A stretch of DNA of 64,000 nt. Source: an uncultured candidate division Zixibacteria bacterium. Its GTDB lineage: Bacteria > Zixibacteria > MSB-5A5 > UBA10806. Below the pieces are notes generated by a model, which searched no databases, was not told where the DNA came from, and saw only the letters and a program-made list of their open reading frames with translations. Positions 41,522 to 51,000 of the stretch are shown piece after piece; the stretch's first letter is position 1, and each line of letters opens with the position of its first letter. The DNA lies in contig CAWFQL010000016.1 in assembly GCA_963817915.1 (NCBI GenBank), forward strand, positions 96,001 to 160,000, written 5' to 3'. A program made the translations under genes and the position numbers.

Positions 41522-42919
41522 CTATAATGAGTAAATTTCGTTGGGTGCCGGGAATTCAACCGATGCATATCCGCGGGATTTAAGATTGTCTTTTAAGGGC
41601 AACGCCTGATCCTGTTCGCCATGGACTAAGAAAATATTCTTTAACCTATCCGGCGATACGTTCTTTACATAATTAATCAATTCGTCTTTATCGGCATGAG
41701 CGCTAAAAACATCCATAGTCTTTACTTTGGATCGAACCTGATATTCCTCGCCGAATATCTTCACTATTTTTTCGCCGTCCATAATTTTGCGCGCCAAGGT
41801 ATCGGGGGCGGCATATCCCACAAGCAGAATCAGGTTGCGGTGGTTTTCAATGTTATTTTTTAGGTGATGCAGGATTCGGCCGCCTTCCGCCATCCCCGAG
41901 CCGGCGATAATGATGTGCGGATATGTAAGCCCATTGAGATTTTTCGATTCCTCAACGTCCCGGATATACTTCAAACGTCCAAATCCAAAGGGATCATCGT
42001 GATTTTGCAGGAATATTCTGAAGGCTTCCCGATCGAAACATTCGGGGTGCATTCTGAAGACATCCGTAGCGTTGCAGGCCAGCGGGCTATCGACAAAAAT
42101 CGGCATATCGGGAATGCGGTTTTGATCAAACAACTTATGCAGTATATAAACCAGCAATTGGGTTCTACCGATCGCGAACGCCGGAATTATTACTTTGCCT
42201 CCGGCGCTTGCCACTTCCCTTATAGTTTCCGCAAGCTCTTCCTCGACATCGGTGAGATGGCTGTGATTGCGATTACCGTAGGTGCTTTCCATGATTAAAA
42301 TATCGATATCCCAGAAATAGTTGGGATCGCGCAGTATCGGCATATTGAATCGGCCTATATCTCCTGAAAAACCGAGACGATATTTCTTGCCCTTTTCATT
42401 AATATCGAGAAGAATCCCCGATGAGCCCAAAATATGTCCAGCATCCAGGAATGTCACCGATATGCCCGGTGTTATCGTAAAACTTTTATCGTACTGAATA
42501 CCTACAAATGACGACAAGGCGGCTTCCGCGTCTTCAATGGTATATAGGGGTTCGATTAACGGTTCATGCTGTTTTCGTCGGATTTTATTGACCCATTCGG
42601 CATCCTTTTCCTGCAAATATGCAGTGTCTCTGAAGAGATATTGGCAGAGATCAACCGTTGCTGAAGTTGCGTAAATCGGCCCGGAGAATCCCGCCTTTAC
42701 GAGATTTGGGATATTGCCGCTGTGGTCAATATGGGCATGCGAGAGTAGCATGGCGTCAATTTTGGTAACATCGAATGGGAAATTTCGGTTTTTCTCGAAT
42801 GTATCTTTGCGATGACCCTGGAACAACCCGCATTCCAGGAGAATTGTCTTACCATTAATTGCGATAAGGTGCTGTGACCCGGTGACGGTTTGAGCGCCAC
42901 CGATAAATTGTATTTTCAT
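41522..42919 (-). CDS. Metallo-beta-lactamase/beta-CASP ribonuclease family protein
   Basis: GGAQTVTGS, SHAHIDHSG, AGHILGS, MESTYG, IPAFAIGR, FSAHAD, LVHGE. Confidence 0.92.
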   Translation of the reverse strand: MKIQFIGGAQTVTGSQHLIAINGKTILLECGLFQGHRKDTFEKNRNFPFDVTKIDAMLLSHAHIDHSGNIPNLVKAGFSGPIYATSATVDLCQYLFRDTAYLQEKDAEWVNKIRRKQHEPLIEPLYTIEDAEAALSSFVGIQYDKSFTITPGISVTFLDAGHILGSSGILLDINEKGKKYRLGFSGDIGRFNMPILRDPNYFWDIDILIMESTYGNRNHSHLTDVEEELAETIREVASAGGKVIIPAFAIGRTQLLVYILHKLFDQNRIPDMPIFVDSPLACNATDVFRMHPECFDREAFRIFLQNHDDPFGFGRLKYIRDVEESKNLNGLTYPHIIIAGSGMAEGGRILHHLKNNIENHRNLILLVGYAAPDTLARKIMDGEKIVKIFGEEYQVRSKVKTMDVFSAHADKDELINYVKNVSPDRLKNIFLVHGEQDQALPLKDNLKSRGYASVEFPAPNEIYSL

Positions 42920-42920
42920 C

Positions 42921-43442
42921 TTAATTTGCCTTTTGTTTGGTCTGAATCAATTGATCTATAGCATTTGCTATAATTTCGATTGCTTTCGCGGTTTGCGGCG
43001 ATTCATCGAATCCCACGAGCTTGATGTAGTATCGGTTTCGGATAAATTCACAATCTGCGGGCAAAACAAATCCATCATCCCCTGCAGGTCTGGTATCGAT
43101 ATTCTCAGGTTTCACAGTAGCGAATAACGATTTAGCGTCTGCGGCGGATTTAAAATAGTAGATATCGGCGACAATTTCGACCTTGTCGGCTTTGTAGTCA
43201 GCGGTGGAGACTTCGATAAAATTATACTTAAGAAACTCCTCCGCGCCGCCATCGATATATACCCATAACGAATCCGCGCTAAAGGTTCTGATATCCGATG
43301 ATCTTTTCAATTCGCTGCCTTCAATTTCCGAAGGAAGGTAGTTCGATGGTTTTTCACCTTGCGGCTGCTTTGTCTGGGTGCATGTTAAGACAATAAGCGC
43401 AAGGCATACGGGGATAATGCTTGTAAATCTCGAATTGATCAT
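42921..43442 (-). CDS. Putative lipoprotein (DUF6599-like)
   Basis: VLTC lipobox-like; LWVYIDGGAEEFLKYNF. Confidence 0.65.
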   Translation of the reverse strand: MINSRFTSIIPVCLALIVLTCTQTKQPQGEKPSNYLPSEIEGSELKRSSDIRTFSADSLWVYIDGGAEEFLKYNFIEVSTADYKADKVEIVADIYYFKSAADAKSLFATVKPENIDTRPAGDDGFVLPADCEFIRNRYYIKLVGFDESPQTAKAIEIIANAIDQLIQTKQKAN

Positions 43443-43670
43443 GACAAATACAAATTTACGATAAAAAAATTCGGCGGCGCAACAAGGTAACGGTTGAATT
43501 ATTCAATGTGCCAGTAACCCCGCGAAACGCAAAGACACCAGGTTATGGCAGTGCTCAGGAAGTAGATTTTAATTAATACCTTGCCTAAATAGTAGGGCTT
43601 GGCTATTATATTTGCGGGTATCAAAAAATTCCTTGTTGATAAAGGATTCTTTAAATGGGAGAAATAGACC

Positions 43671-45821
43671 ATGAGAATCGTAAATAAATCTATTGTCAGG
43701 GCAATAAGAATTGTGTTTTTCGGCTTATTGCTTCTGGTTATTTTTGTTGTAAACACATTCGGACAATTCCTTGAATATTCTAATTCATCGCTATGGTCGA
43801 ATGTTACTGCAATAAAAGCTTCAGGAAACTACGCATATTGTCAATTTACCGAAGGACTTGGCATACTCGATATCTCAGATCCGGCCAATCCATCCCTCAT
43901 TGGAAAATTCGCAATCCCCGGATATTCACTCGCGATCGATGTTTCGGGAAGCTATGCGTTCGTGGCGGCATCGGACGGCTTGAGAATTTACAATGTCTAT
44001 TCACCTCAGAATACTGTACTTCTATCGATATATAATGGGCATGTTTCGGTAAGGGATGTTTGTGCCAGCGGCGCTTATGCGTATTTGGCGGCGCAGGATC
44101 AATTTGAAATAGTTGATATCAGCAATCCATATTCTCCATACCGTACCGGATATATCGATCAAATTTCCGCATCCATTGTTGCAGCTGCAGATGGCTATGC
44201 TTATATCTCAGATAATAGCCAGCCAAATTATCGCGTCAATATAATTAATGTGCAAAATGCAGCTAATCCAGATTTAATAACCCAATTTCAGGCATCGAAT
44301 TTTGTTTCTGATCTGGCAGTTCAGGGTGATCGATTATATGTTTTGTTAGGCGATGCGGGCACCATGAATGGAGGCATCCAGATATTCGATATTAGCAACC
44401 CCAATAATCCAAATTCATTAGGCGAACTTGACATATTTGGATCACCACGCAATATCGAGATTGCCGGGTCTTATGCCTATATTGCAAATCTCTGGAGAGG
44501 ACTCGATGTCATCGATATTTCAAATCCCGAAAGTCCAACATTGGTGGCCGAGAGAATTACTACGGCCGCATTTGGAGTTTCGGTTTCAGGTGATTATGCA
44601 TTCGTGGCCGATGAACCATTTGGAGTGATTGCATTTGATAAGAGCGATCCGCAGAACCCCGAGCAAATTGGAGGGTATCAGCCGCCGGGAGAAATTTGGA
44701 ACCTGACAGTTGTAGATACACTTCTTTATGTAGCAGAACTAAATAAAGCCATGTCCATAGTGAATATCGCCGATCCGGCGCATCCGAATGTAATAGGACA
44801 ACTCAGCGTTTATAATATTTGGGGCGATATCCTTGTGAATGGAGGTTATGCTTATATAAAAAACTATTCACATCTTTTGGTAATAAATATAACTGACCCA
44901 ACCAATCCATCTCTTGTCACGTCATTTTATCCTCTCGGCTGTGCCATGTGCCAGGCAATAAGAGGCAATTATGCGTTCCTTTCAGAAGGTGATTGCTATA
45001 GTCCGAGCTTCACCGGAATGGAAATCATTGACATCACAGACCCCTCGTCCCCGATTTCAATAGGCTCGTATGCGACCCCCGGTACGGCGATGGATTTGAA
45101 GTTAGTCGGAAATTATGCTTTTATAATATACAGATATGCCAATGAAAATCCATCAGCCGGTATGCAAGTCGTTGATATTTCTGATCTCGAAAACCCACAA
45201 TTTGTTGCGGGCTATGATTTGCATTCTCCAGCATCGATGGAAATTGTCGGAAATTATGTGTTTATTGCGGATGAAGCAAATGGGCTTAAGATTGTTGACA
45301 TTTCCGATCCAGCAAATCCGACCTTTGAAGGACGCTATACGCCATATTCAGGAAATCCACAGCATGTCTCGATCAGTGGAAACTATGCGTTTCTTAGCAA
45401 TAGAATTTGCCTAACAGCTGTTGACGTCTCAGATCCATCGAATCCAAGTTTCGTTGATCAATTTTGCACCCCCGGACAGCCGATGATGACAGATGTGGCA
45501 GGCCATGATATTTATCTTGCCGATAGATATGCGCTGACGGTCCTGAGATTCACCGGCAATTGCACGGGTGTATCTGGTGATGCCAATGACGACGGAGCAT
45601 TCAACAGTCTTGATATCGAGTATTCCATAAATTATTTTAAGGGGTCTCAGGCGCCTCCCCCCTGTCAGTTGGATTGCTCTCCTAACGAATTGCTGTATAG
45701 CGAAGCCGATGCCAATGGCGATTGTCGTTTCAATGGATTCGATATTACTTACGGGGTAAATTATTTAAAAGGAAACGGGCCAGCACCGGAATCGTGTCCT
45801 GACTGCCATTTCTATCGATAA
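43671..45821 (+). CDS. Secreted LVIVD-repeat beta-propeller protein with C-terminal dockerin-like domain
   Basis: Many GNYAFVA..GL.IVDISDP.NP repeats; tail GDANDDGAFNSLDIEYSINYFKG..ADANGDCRFNGFDITYGVNYLKG. Confidence 0.88.
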   Translation: MRIVNKSIVRAIRIVFFGLLLLVIFVVNTFGQFLEYSNSSLWSNVTAIKASGNYAYCQFTEGLGILDISDPANPSLIGKFAIPGYSLAIDVSGSYAFVAASDGLRIYNVYSPQNTVLLSIYNGHVSVRDVCASGAYAYLAAQDQFEIVDISNPYSPYRTGYIDQISASIVAAADGYAYISDNSQPNYRVNIINVQNAANPDLITQFQASNFVSDLAVQGDRLYVLLGDAGTMNGGIQIFDISNPNNPNSLGELDIFGSPRNIEIAGSYAYIANLWRGLDVIDISNPESPTLVAERITTAAFGVSVSGDYAFVADEPFGVIAFDKSDPQNPEQIGGYQPPGEIWNLTVVDTLLYVAELNKAMSIVNIADPAHPNVIGQLSVYNIWGDILVNGGYAYIKNYSHLLVINITDPTNPSLVTSFYPLGCAMCQAIRGNYAFLSEGDCYSPSFTGMEIIDITDPSSPISIGSYATPGTAMDLKLVGNYAFIIYRYANENPSAGMQVVDISDLENPQFVAGYDLHSPASMEIVGNYVFIADEANGLKIVDISDPANPTFEGRYTPYSGNPQHVSISGNYAFLSNRICLTAVDVSDPSNPSFVDQFCTPGQPMMTDVAGHDIYLADRYALTVLRFTGNCTGVSGDANDDGAFNSLDIEYSINYFKGSQAPPPCQLDCSPNELLYSEADANGDCRFNGFDITYGVNYLKGNGPAPESCPDCHFYR

Positions 45822-46222
45822 GCAAGGCATCCATATACATTCCATTCATGCCTATGGCCTGTATAGACTTGTAATCCAGTACTTTTAAAATCGTTGTCTA
45901 CAAACGCTCATTAATATCACCTTCGATATTAAATTTTCCAGATGGACTAAATGATTATAGGTCTAATTTGTAGGAATTTGACATTGTAATTATTAAAATT
46001 GTAAAAATACTTTTGCCTTTCTAGTATTTTTATCGTATAACTATTCACGTATGAAGCTGAAGTCCTCTGAAAGCGAACTCGATTCAGAACCCGAACCCGG
46101 CAGTTCGGCTTATCGGTTAATTTACAACCCAACCATAGATAGTATTGCGATAAGATGCTTGATTGTGTTATAGATTTGTCAATTCAGATATTATTATCTA
46201 TATAATGCAGTAAGGACTAGAG

Positions 46223-46882
46223 TTGAAAAACATTGAACCGATACCATTGATCGATACAGCAATCGATCAAAAGAAAAAGCCCAACTTGATTGCCCATCTC
46301 GAAAGCGAGGACTGTCTTGTTAATCTTGCGGGCGATTATGATTATCTGACCTCCGGTTACTATCTATCGCAGGAGATGGAAAACCAGGACAAGAATATTC
46401 ATCCTACCTGCAAGGAAATACTCGACGCCTATGTCACCCCGCTATCCCTGGAGAAGGCTCGATTGAATAATATAGCGGTGCCCGAGTTCTATGTCACCAA
46501 TGGTCACTTCGAGCCGCCGGTTATTATCGACACCATGAATCCATTCATGTCGCGTCATAGTGTTGTGCTGAAGACCAGCTACCAGGAACGGGCGGCGAAA
46601 TCATTGACACGAAACTTCACTTATGCCATTTGTTGTCAGGAACTTCCGCCGGATTCGCGTGTTGTATATTTCCATTCGATTCTCGGCTGGTGCGCGGCAT
46701 CCAAATATAGAACTATTTCTCAGCAGATCTGGGACGTTTTCAAAATTCCGATTGTCAAGGTTCGTCTGATAGCCTTAGAAAACGGCCAGTTTCTTTTGAG
46801 TTCATTGGACCCATTACCGGTCAAGAAGCTGACACCGCGTGAAGCAATTTTTATCAATGAGAATGTAAAATGGCAAATATAG
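46223..46882 (+). CDS. RimK-like ATP-grasp N-terminal (RLAN) domain protein
   Basis: VNLAGDYDYLTSGYYLS..HPT; overlaps the downstream ATP-grasp gene. Confidence 0.75.
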   Translation: MKNIEPIPLIDTAIDQKKKPNLIAHLESEDCLVNLAGDYDYLTSGYYLSQEMENQDKNIHPTCKEILDAYVTPLSLEKARLNNIAVPEFYVTNGHFEPPVIIDTMNPFMSRHSVVLKTSYQERAAKSLTRNFTYAICCQELPPDSRVVYFHSILGWCAASKYRTISQQIWDVFKIPIVKVRLIALENGQFLLSSLDPLPVKKLTPREAIFINENVKWQI

Positions 46883-47755
46883 GTGTTTTCATAGAACGAT
46901 ATACCATCTCCAATTCCGAGGAGATGGGCGCATTGATGAAACTAGGACAGGTCGCCCACCGTCACGGGCACAGGCTCGATGTTTTATTCAGGCCCGATAT
47001 GTACAAAATTCCTCACTATGATGCAATCTTCATAAGGGCACTAACCGACCCATTGAATACATCTTATATTGCATCAAGGTTAGCGCAGCTTCAGGGTGTC
47101 CGCGTAATCGATGATCCTGATTCGATTTTCATCTGCTGTGACAAGGTTAACATGTATCGTCATCTTATTAAGGCCAATGTCCCAATGCCGGAGACGGTTT
47201 TTCTCGAGGAATCGGACTTAACATATGAAAAAGGTTCGGAGCTACTTGATAAATTGGGAATTCCATTGGTACTGAAGGCGCCCAACAGCAGTTTTTCTAT
47301 GTATGTCGAAAGAGTAAGCACCCCCGATGAATATGTCAATGTCGGCAAACGATTTCTCCGAAGAGCGGATATGATCGTTGCCCAAAAATTCATTCGTTCG
47401 CAATTTGATTGGCGTGTCGGTGTACTGGCCGGTGAGCCGCTTTATATCTGCCAGTATGTAATTCCAAAACGTCGATGGAAGATAATGACCTACACTCACA
47501 ATGGCACCGCTATCCATGGTGATGTCAGGGGCTTTAGCATTGATAAGGCCAACCCGCGATCTTCTTGAAATCGCTGTTAAGGCCGCCGCCGCTATCGGCA
47601 CAGGTCTTTATGGAGTGGACCTAAAACAGGTAGATGATGATTTCACGGTTATCGAGGTCAATGATAACCCTACGATCGGCGAAGGCGAAGAAGATCAGAA
47701 GGCGCCGGATATCTATGACAGGCTGATTCATTACCTGGTCGGTGATAAGGGCTAG
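46870..47755 (+). CDS. RimK-family ATP-grasp ligase; apparent 1-nt insertion near 47557
   Basis: DAIFIR, IDDPDSI..CCDK, VLKAPNSSFS, FDWRVGVL; shifted tail AIGTGLYGVDLKQ..VIEVNDNP. Confidence 0.88.
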
Positions 47756-47759
47756 GCAG

Positions 47760-48212
47760 ATGGCCGAATCTGTCATTATCCGGCAAGCGACAATTGAAGA
47801 CATCGACGAATTATACCGAATAGAAGAAGCCGGATTCGAACACGACCGTTTCGATAAAAAACAATTCCGTCATTTAATCACCAAAGCCAATTCCACTGTT
47901 TTAATCCTAATTCACAATAACAATATCTGCGGATATAGCATCATGCTCTGGCGCAAGAATTCCAGGCGCGCCAGGCTCTATTCCATAGCAATCGATCCCC
48001 AGGCACACGGCAGGGGGCTCGGCGGCCAGCTTCTGAGAGCCAGCGAAGAGCTGTCGTTGTCATTGGGGTGCAATGAAATCAGCCTCGAAGTACGAGTCGA
48101 CAATAAACCAGCGATTCATGTTTACGAACGGCATGGCTATCATGAAATCAAGCCATTGATCGGCTATTATTCCGATGGCGCCAACGGTATGCGGATGCTC
48201 AAGCGGCTTTAG
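47760..48212 (+). CDS. RimI-like GNAT acetyltransferase
   Basis: LYSIAIDPQAHGRGLG, LEVRVDNKPAIHVYE, YYSDG. Confidence 0.88.
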   Translation: MAESVIIRQATIEDIDELYRIEEAGFEHDRFDKKQFRHLITKANSTVLILIHNNNICGYSIMLWRKNSRRARLYSIAIDPQAHGRGLGGQLLRASEELSLSLGCNEISLEVRVDNKPAIHVYERHGYHEIKPLIGYYSDGANGMRMLKRL

Positions 48213-48214
48213 CT

Positions 48215-48390
48215 CGCGCGGCATGCGTTCCGCCTACGGCGGAATAGCATGTAAAAGGGCGTGCGGATTTTCGAATAATTTCGATTCAATTAATTTCTAA
48301 CAATTCAACTATAAAATCACTAAAGTGTATATCGCTCCGTTCCCTTTTACATGCTTTCTCCCGACAAAGTCGGGAGACGCATGCCGCGCG
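48215..48390. repeat. REPIN-like nested inverted repeat
   Basis: cgcgcggcatgcgt...acgcatgccgcgcg outer IR, agcatgtaaaaggg/cccttttacatgct inner IR, hairpins ttccgcctacggcggaa and tctcccgacaaagtcgggaga. Confidence 0.75.
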
Positions 48391-48403
48391 GGGGTGGGCG
48401 AAA

Positions 48404-48436
48404 TAAAAAGGGGATGAGCGAGCCCATCCCCTCAAA
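48404..48436. terminator. Intrinsic terminator, likely for the minus-strand ccp/cyc2-like operon
   Basis: aaaaaggggatg-agcgagcc-catcccct. Confidence 0.6.
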
Positions 48437-48457
48437 ACAATTACATAGAAATCGGAT

Positions 48458-49762
48458 TTAAAAATCGAAATCTACCAGCGTAGTTAGAATATCTTCTTTG
48501 ATCGGATTGTCTTTACCGGTTTGACGGTGAGTATATTCAGCATGCAATGCTACATTGACTGCGGTCCAGTCACCGAGATAATATCGCGCGAGCAATGAGA
48601 TCGCGGATATTTTTTTGTCATTATCGTATGATGGTGGCGTGACAAAATTATAGAGCCCGGAAAGGACAAGCCTATTGTCCATCAATCCGTTATAATCAAG
48701 CTGGACAAATCCACCGGTAAATGTGTACGCCTTGGTAGTGTCTAAATCATTGAATTTCTTATTGTCGTTGCCGTTCATGATGAGGGTTGTCAGATTGAAT
48801 GATTCATAATTCAGGCTTACATGTCCGCCGATTCTCATGAAGCTCTGGTTATCGGTGCCATGATCATCTCCCATATTTGGAAGATTGAGATATGCCGAAT
48901 GAATTGGTTGCCAGCCGGTATAGGCAAATATCCCTATTCGTTGTCCGGCGCTTTGTCCGTCGCCTTTGCCAATTGTTTGCGAGAGGCTCAGGTAGATATC
49001 CTTGTAAGTATTATTATCCGGATTCCCCCCAGTGCCATTAACAATTCCCAGGCCATATTTGAATCCCGTCTTAAAATGGCTGGAGGCTTCCACACCAAAC
49101 TGATTTTCGGAAAAACTGAATCGATTTCCTGAATAACCGAACGGATTTAGACTGCTGGGCGAATTGAAATTGTAAATCTCATAGGGCTGGATTAGATAGA
49201 GCGAACGTTTGGCACTGATTTGCTGGTAGGCTGGCTCGAATCGTCCGATTCTCAAATTTAGCTTATCTTCGAAGATGTTGCTGAATACGATATTGGCCGA
49301 TTCCAAAGCTCCAATCTGGGACGGATTATATCCCGCTTGCGATGCTGAATAATCCATTGTTGGCACATCGACTCTTGGAGTATAGACAATAAGAAACGAC
49401 ACATTCTTATGCAGAACACCCGCCGCCAATAAATCAAATCCATAGTAATGAAATCCAGAAGTTGTCTCTTTGGTGGTTTCTTGTGTCGCATTATTTAATG
49501 TATGTCCTACCGATGTTCTTATTGAAATTGGCGGCATGGTTTCGAATACATTCTTTTCATTGCCTTCTTGTCCGGGAATCTGATAACCATTATCGCGGTA
49601 TCTCTGCCCGAAATCATTGAGCTTGGTGAAGGCCACATGGCACATATTGCAATTAAACCCGTTCTTACGAGCGAAGGCGGGTATCGATTGTGCGGTTTTG
49701 GGAATAAACAACGTTATTCCAACGAAAACCGTCACTAATAATAGAATGATTGTTTTTCTCAT
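48458..49762 (-). CDS. Cyc2-like fused monoheme cytochrome c / outer-membrane beta-barrel
   Basis: Signal peptide then IPAFARKNGFNCNMCH..KLNDFGQRYRDNGY, followed by porin-like strands ending VDFDF. Confidence 0.8.
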   Translation of the reverse strand: MRKTIILLLVTVFVGITLFIPKTAQSIPAFARKNGFNCNMCHVAFTKLNDFGQRYRDNGYQIPGQEGNEKNVFETMPPISIRTSVGHTLNNATQETTKETTSGFHYYGFDLLAAGVLHKNVSFLIVYTPRVDVPTMDYSASQAGYNPSQIGALESANIVFSNIFEDKLNLRIGRFEPAYQQISAKRSLYLIQPYEIYNFNSPSSLNPFGYSGNRFSFSENQFGVEASSHFKTGFKYGLGIVNGTGGNPDNNTYKDIYLSLSQTIGKGDGQSAGQRIGIFAYTGWQPIHSAYLNLPNMGDDHGTDNQSFMRIGGHVSLNYESFNLTTLIMNGNDNKKFNDLDTTKAYTFTGGFVQLDYNGLMDNRLVLSGLYNFVTPPSYDNDKKISAISLLARYYLGDWTAVNVALHAEYTHRQTGKDNPIKEDILTTLVDFDF

Positions 49763-49772
49763 ATCCCCTCCC

Positions 49773-50843
49773 TCACTTCGGCATTTCGGATTGCGGAATA
49801 GGTTTGGCATCTCGAATTTCGGGATTCAAACTGGTTATTGAAACTTTCAGAAATGCTACCAACGCCGCAGCTTCTGATTTGGATAGCCCCAACGGCACCA
49901 TCAAGGGATCGAGAGTCTCTTTATTATCCCCACCGCCCCTGTTATAGAAATTGACTACATCCTCGAGGGTTTTCTCACCGCCGGTATGCATATAAGGCGC
50001 CCGTAGCGCGGCATCTCTTACTGTCGGGGTCTTGAATGCTCCCTTATCGGCCGGATTTTTGGTTACATCGTAACGGCCATTATCGGTTTTATTCGGACCG
50101 GTTTGAGTCACTCCCAAATTATGGAATCTGCCATCGCTGAAATACGATCCCCAATGGCATGCAGTGCAATGTCCCTTGCCGTTGAAAATTTCGAGACCCA
50201 TCTTTTCCTGTTTGGTTAAGGCATTCTGGTCGCCGCGGACATATCTATCGAATGGCGAATCAGTGGTCACTACAGTTCTCTCGTAGGCGGCAATAGCTTG
50301 AGCCACCTGATCAACTGTGATCGGGGTTGTCCCGAAAACATCCTTGAATTCCTGAACATATCCCGGAACATCATTGAGTGTCTTTACCATTACGTCGTGG
50401 GTATTCCCCATTTCTATTGGATTCTGAACCGGGCCCTTGGCTTGTTCTTCAAGGCTTGGCGCTCTGCCATCCCAGAATTGCAGAGGGCTGTGAGCGGCAT
50501 TCGATACTGGTGGAGCTCTTCTTCCCCCAATTTGCCCACGGATACCTGTACTTGTGGGCCCCGCATCTGACCAGCCCTTAGCTGGATCATGACATGTGGC
50601 ACAGGCGACTGTGCCATCCTGTGAAAGCCTGTTGTCAAAATATAATTGTTTACCTAATTGAATTTTCGCTGTTGTCTGCGGATTGTCCGGCGGTGCGATT
50701 ACCGCTGGAAGATTGCCCGGCCGTTCCGGCCCCTTCATATGCACGCCGACAGATGTTATTGGAGTCTGCGAATTTTCACCCGCCCATGCCATTAACGGCA
50801 CAAGCATTACCGCAACCAACAACATCCCCAAAATCTTGTTCAT
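49773..50843 (-). CDS. Diheme cytochrome c peroxidase (CcpA/MauG family)
   Basis: LGKQLYFDNRLS, CATCH, QFWDGRA, GHCTACH, FKTPTVR, APYMH. Confidence 0.92.
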   Translation of the reverse strand: MNKILGMLLVAVMLVPLMAWAGENSQTPITSVGVHMKGPERPGNLPAVIAPPDNPQTTAKIQLGKQLYFDNRLSQDGTVACATCHDPAKGWSDAGPTSTGIRGQIGGRRAPPVSNAAHSPLQFWDGRAPSLEEQAKGPVQNPIEMGNTHDVMVKTLNDVPGYVQEFKDVFGTTPITVDQVAQAIAAYERTVVTTDSPFDRYVRGDQNALTKQEKMGLEIFNGKGHCTACHWGSYFSDGRFHNLGVTQTGPNKTDNGRYDVTKNPADKGAFKTPTVRDAALRAPYMHTGGEKTLEDVVNFYNRGGGDNKETLDPLMVPLGLSKSEAAALVAFLKVSITSLNPEIRDAKPIPQSEMPK

Positions 50844-51000
50844 TCAGCCTCCTTTTATGTTTTTAAGTCCAAATTGCAGGCATATAACCCTTCATGGATA
50901 ATTCTATTCAGATTTGTATTCTACGTCAAGGCATTTTTGATTAATGAGAATCTATTTAGATATTGAAATTGATGAGGCAATCGATTACTTTCAGCAAACT

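Noticed and set aside
43508..43552. Hairpin containing cgcaaag upstream of the LVIVD gene as a c-di-GMP-I riboswitch
   Set aside because: Only a fragment matches; the two-stem architecture is missing.
43790..45520. Periodic DNA similarity as a repeat array
   Set aside because: Explained by LVIVD protein repeats in one open frame.
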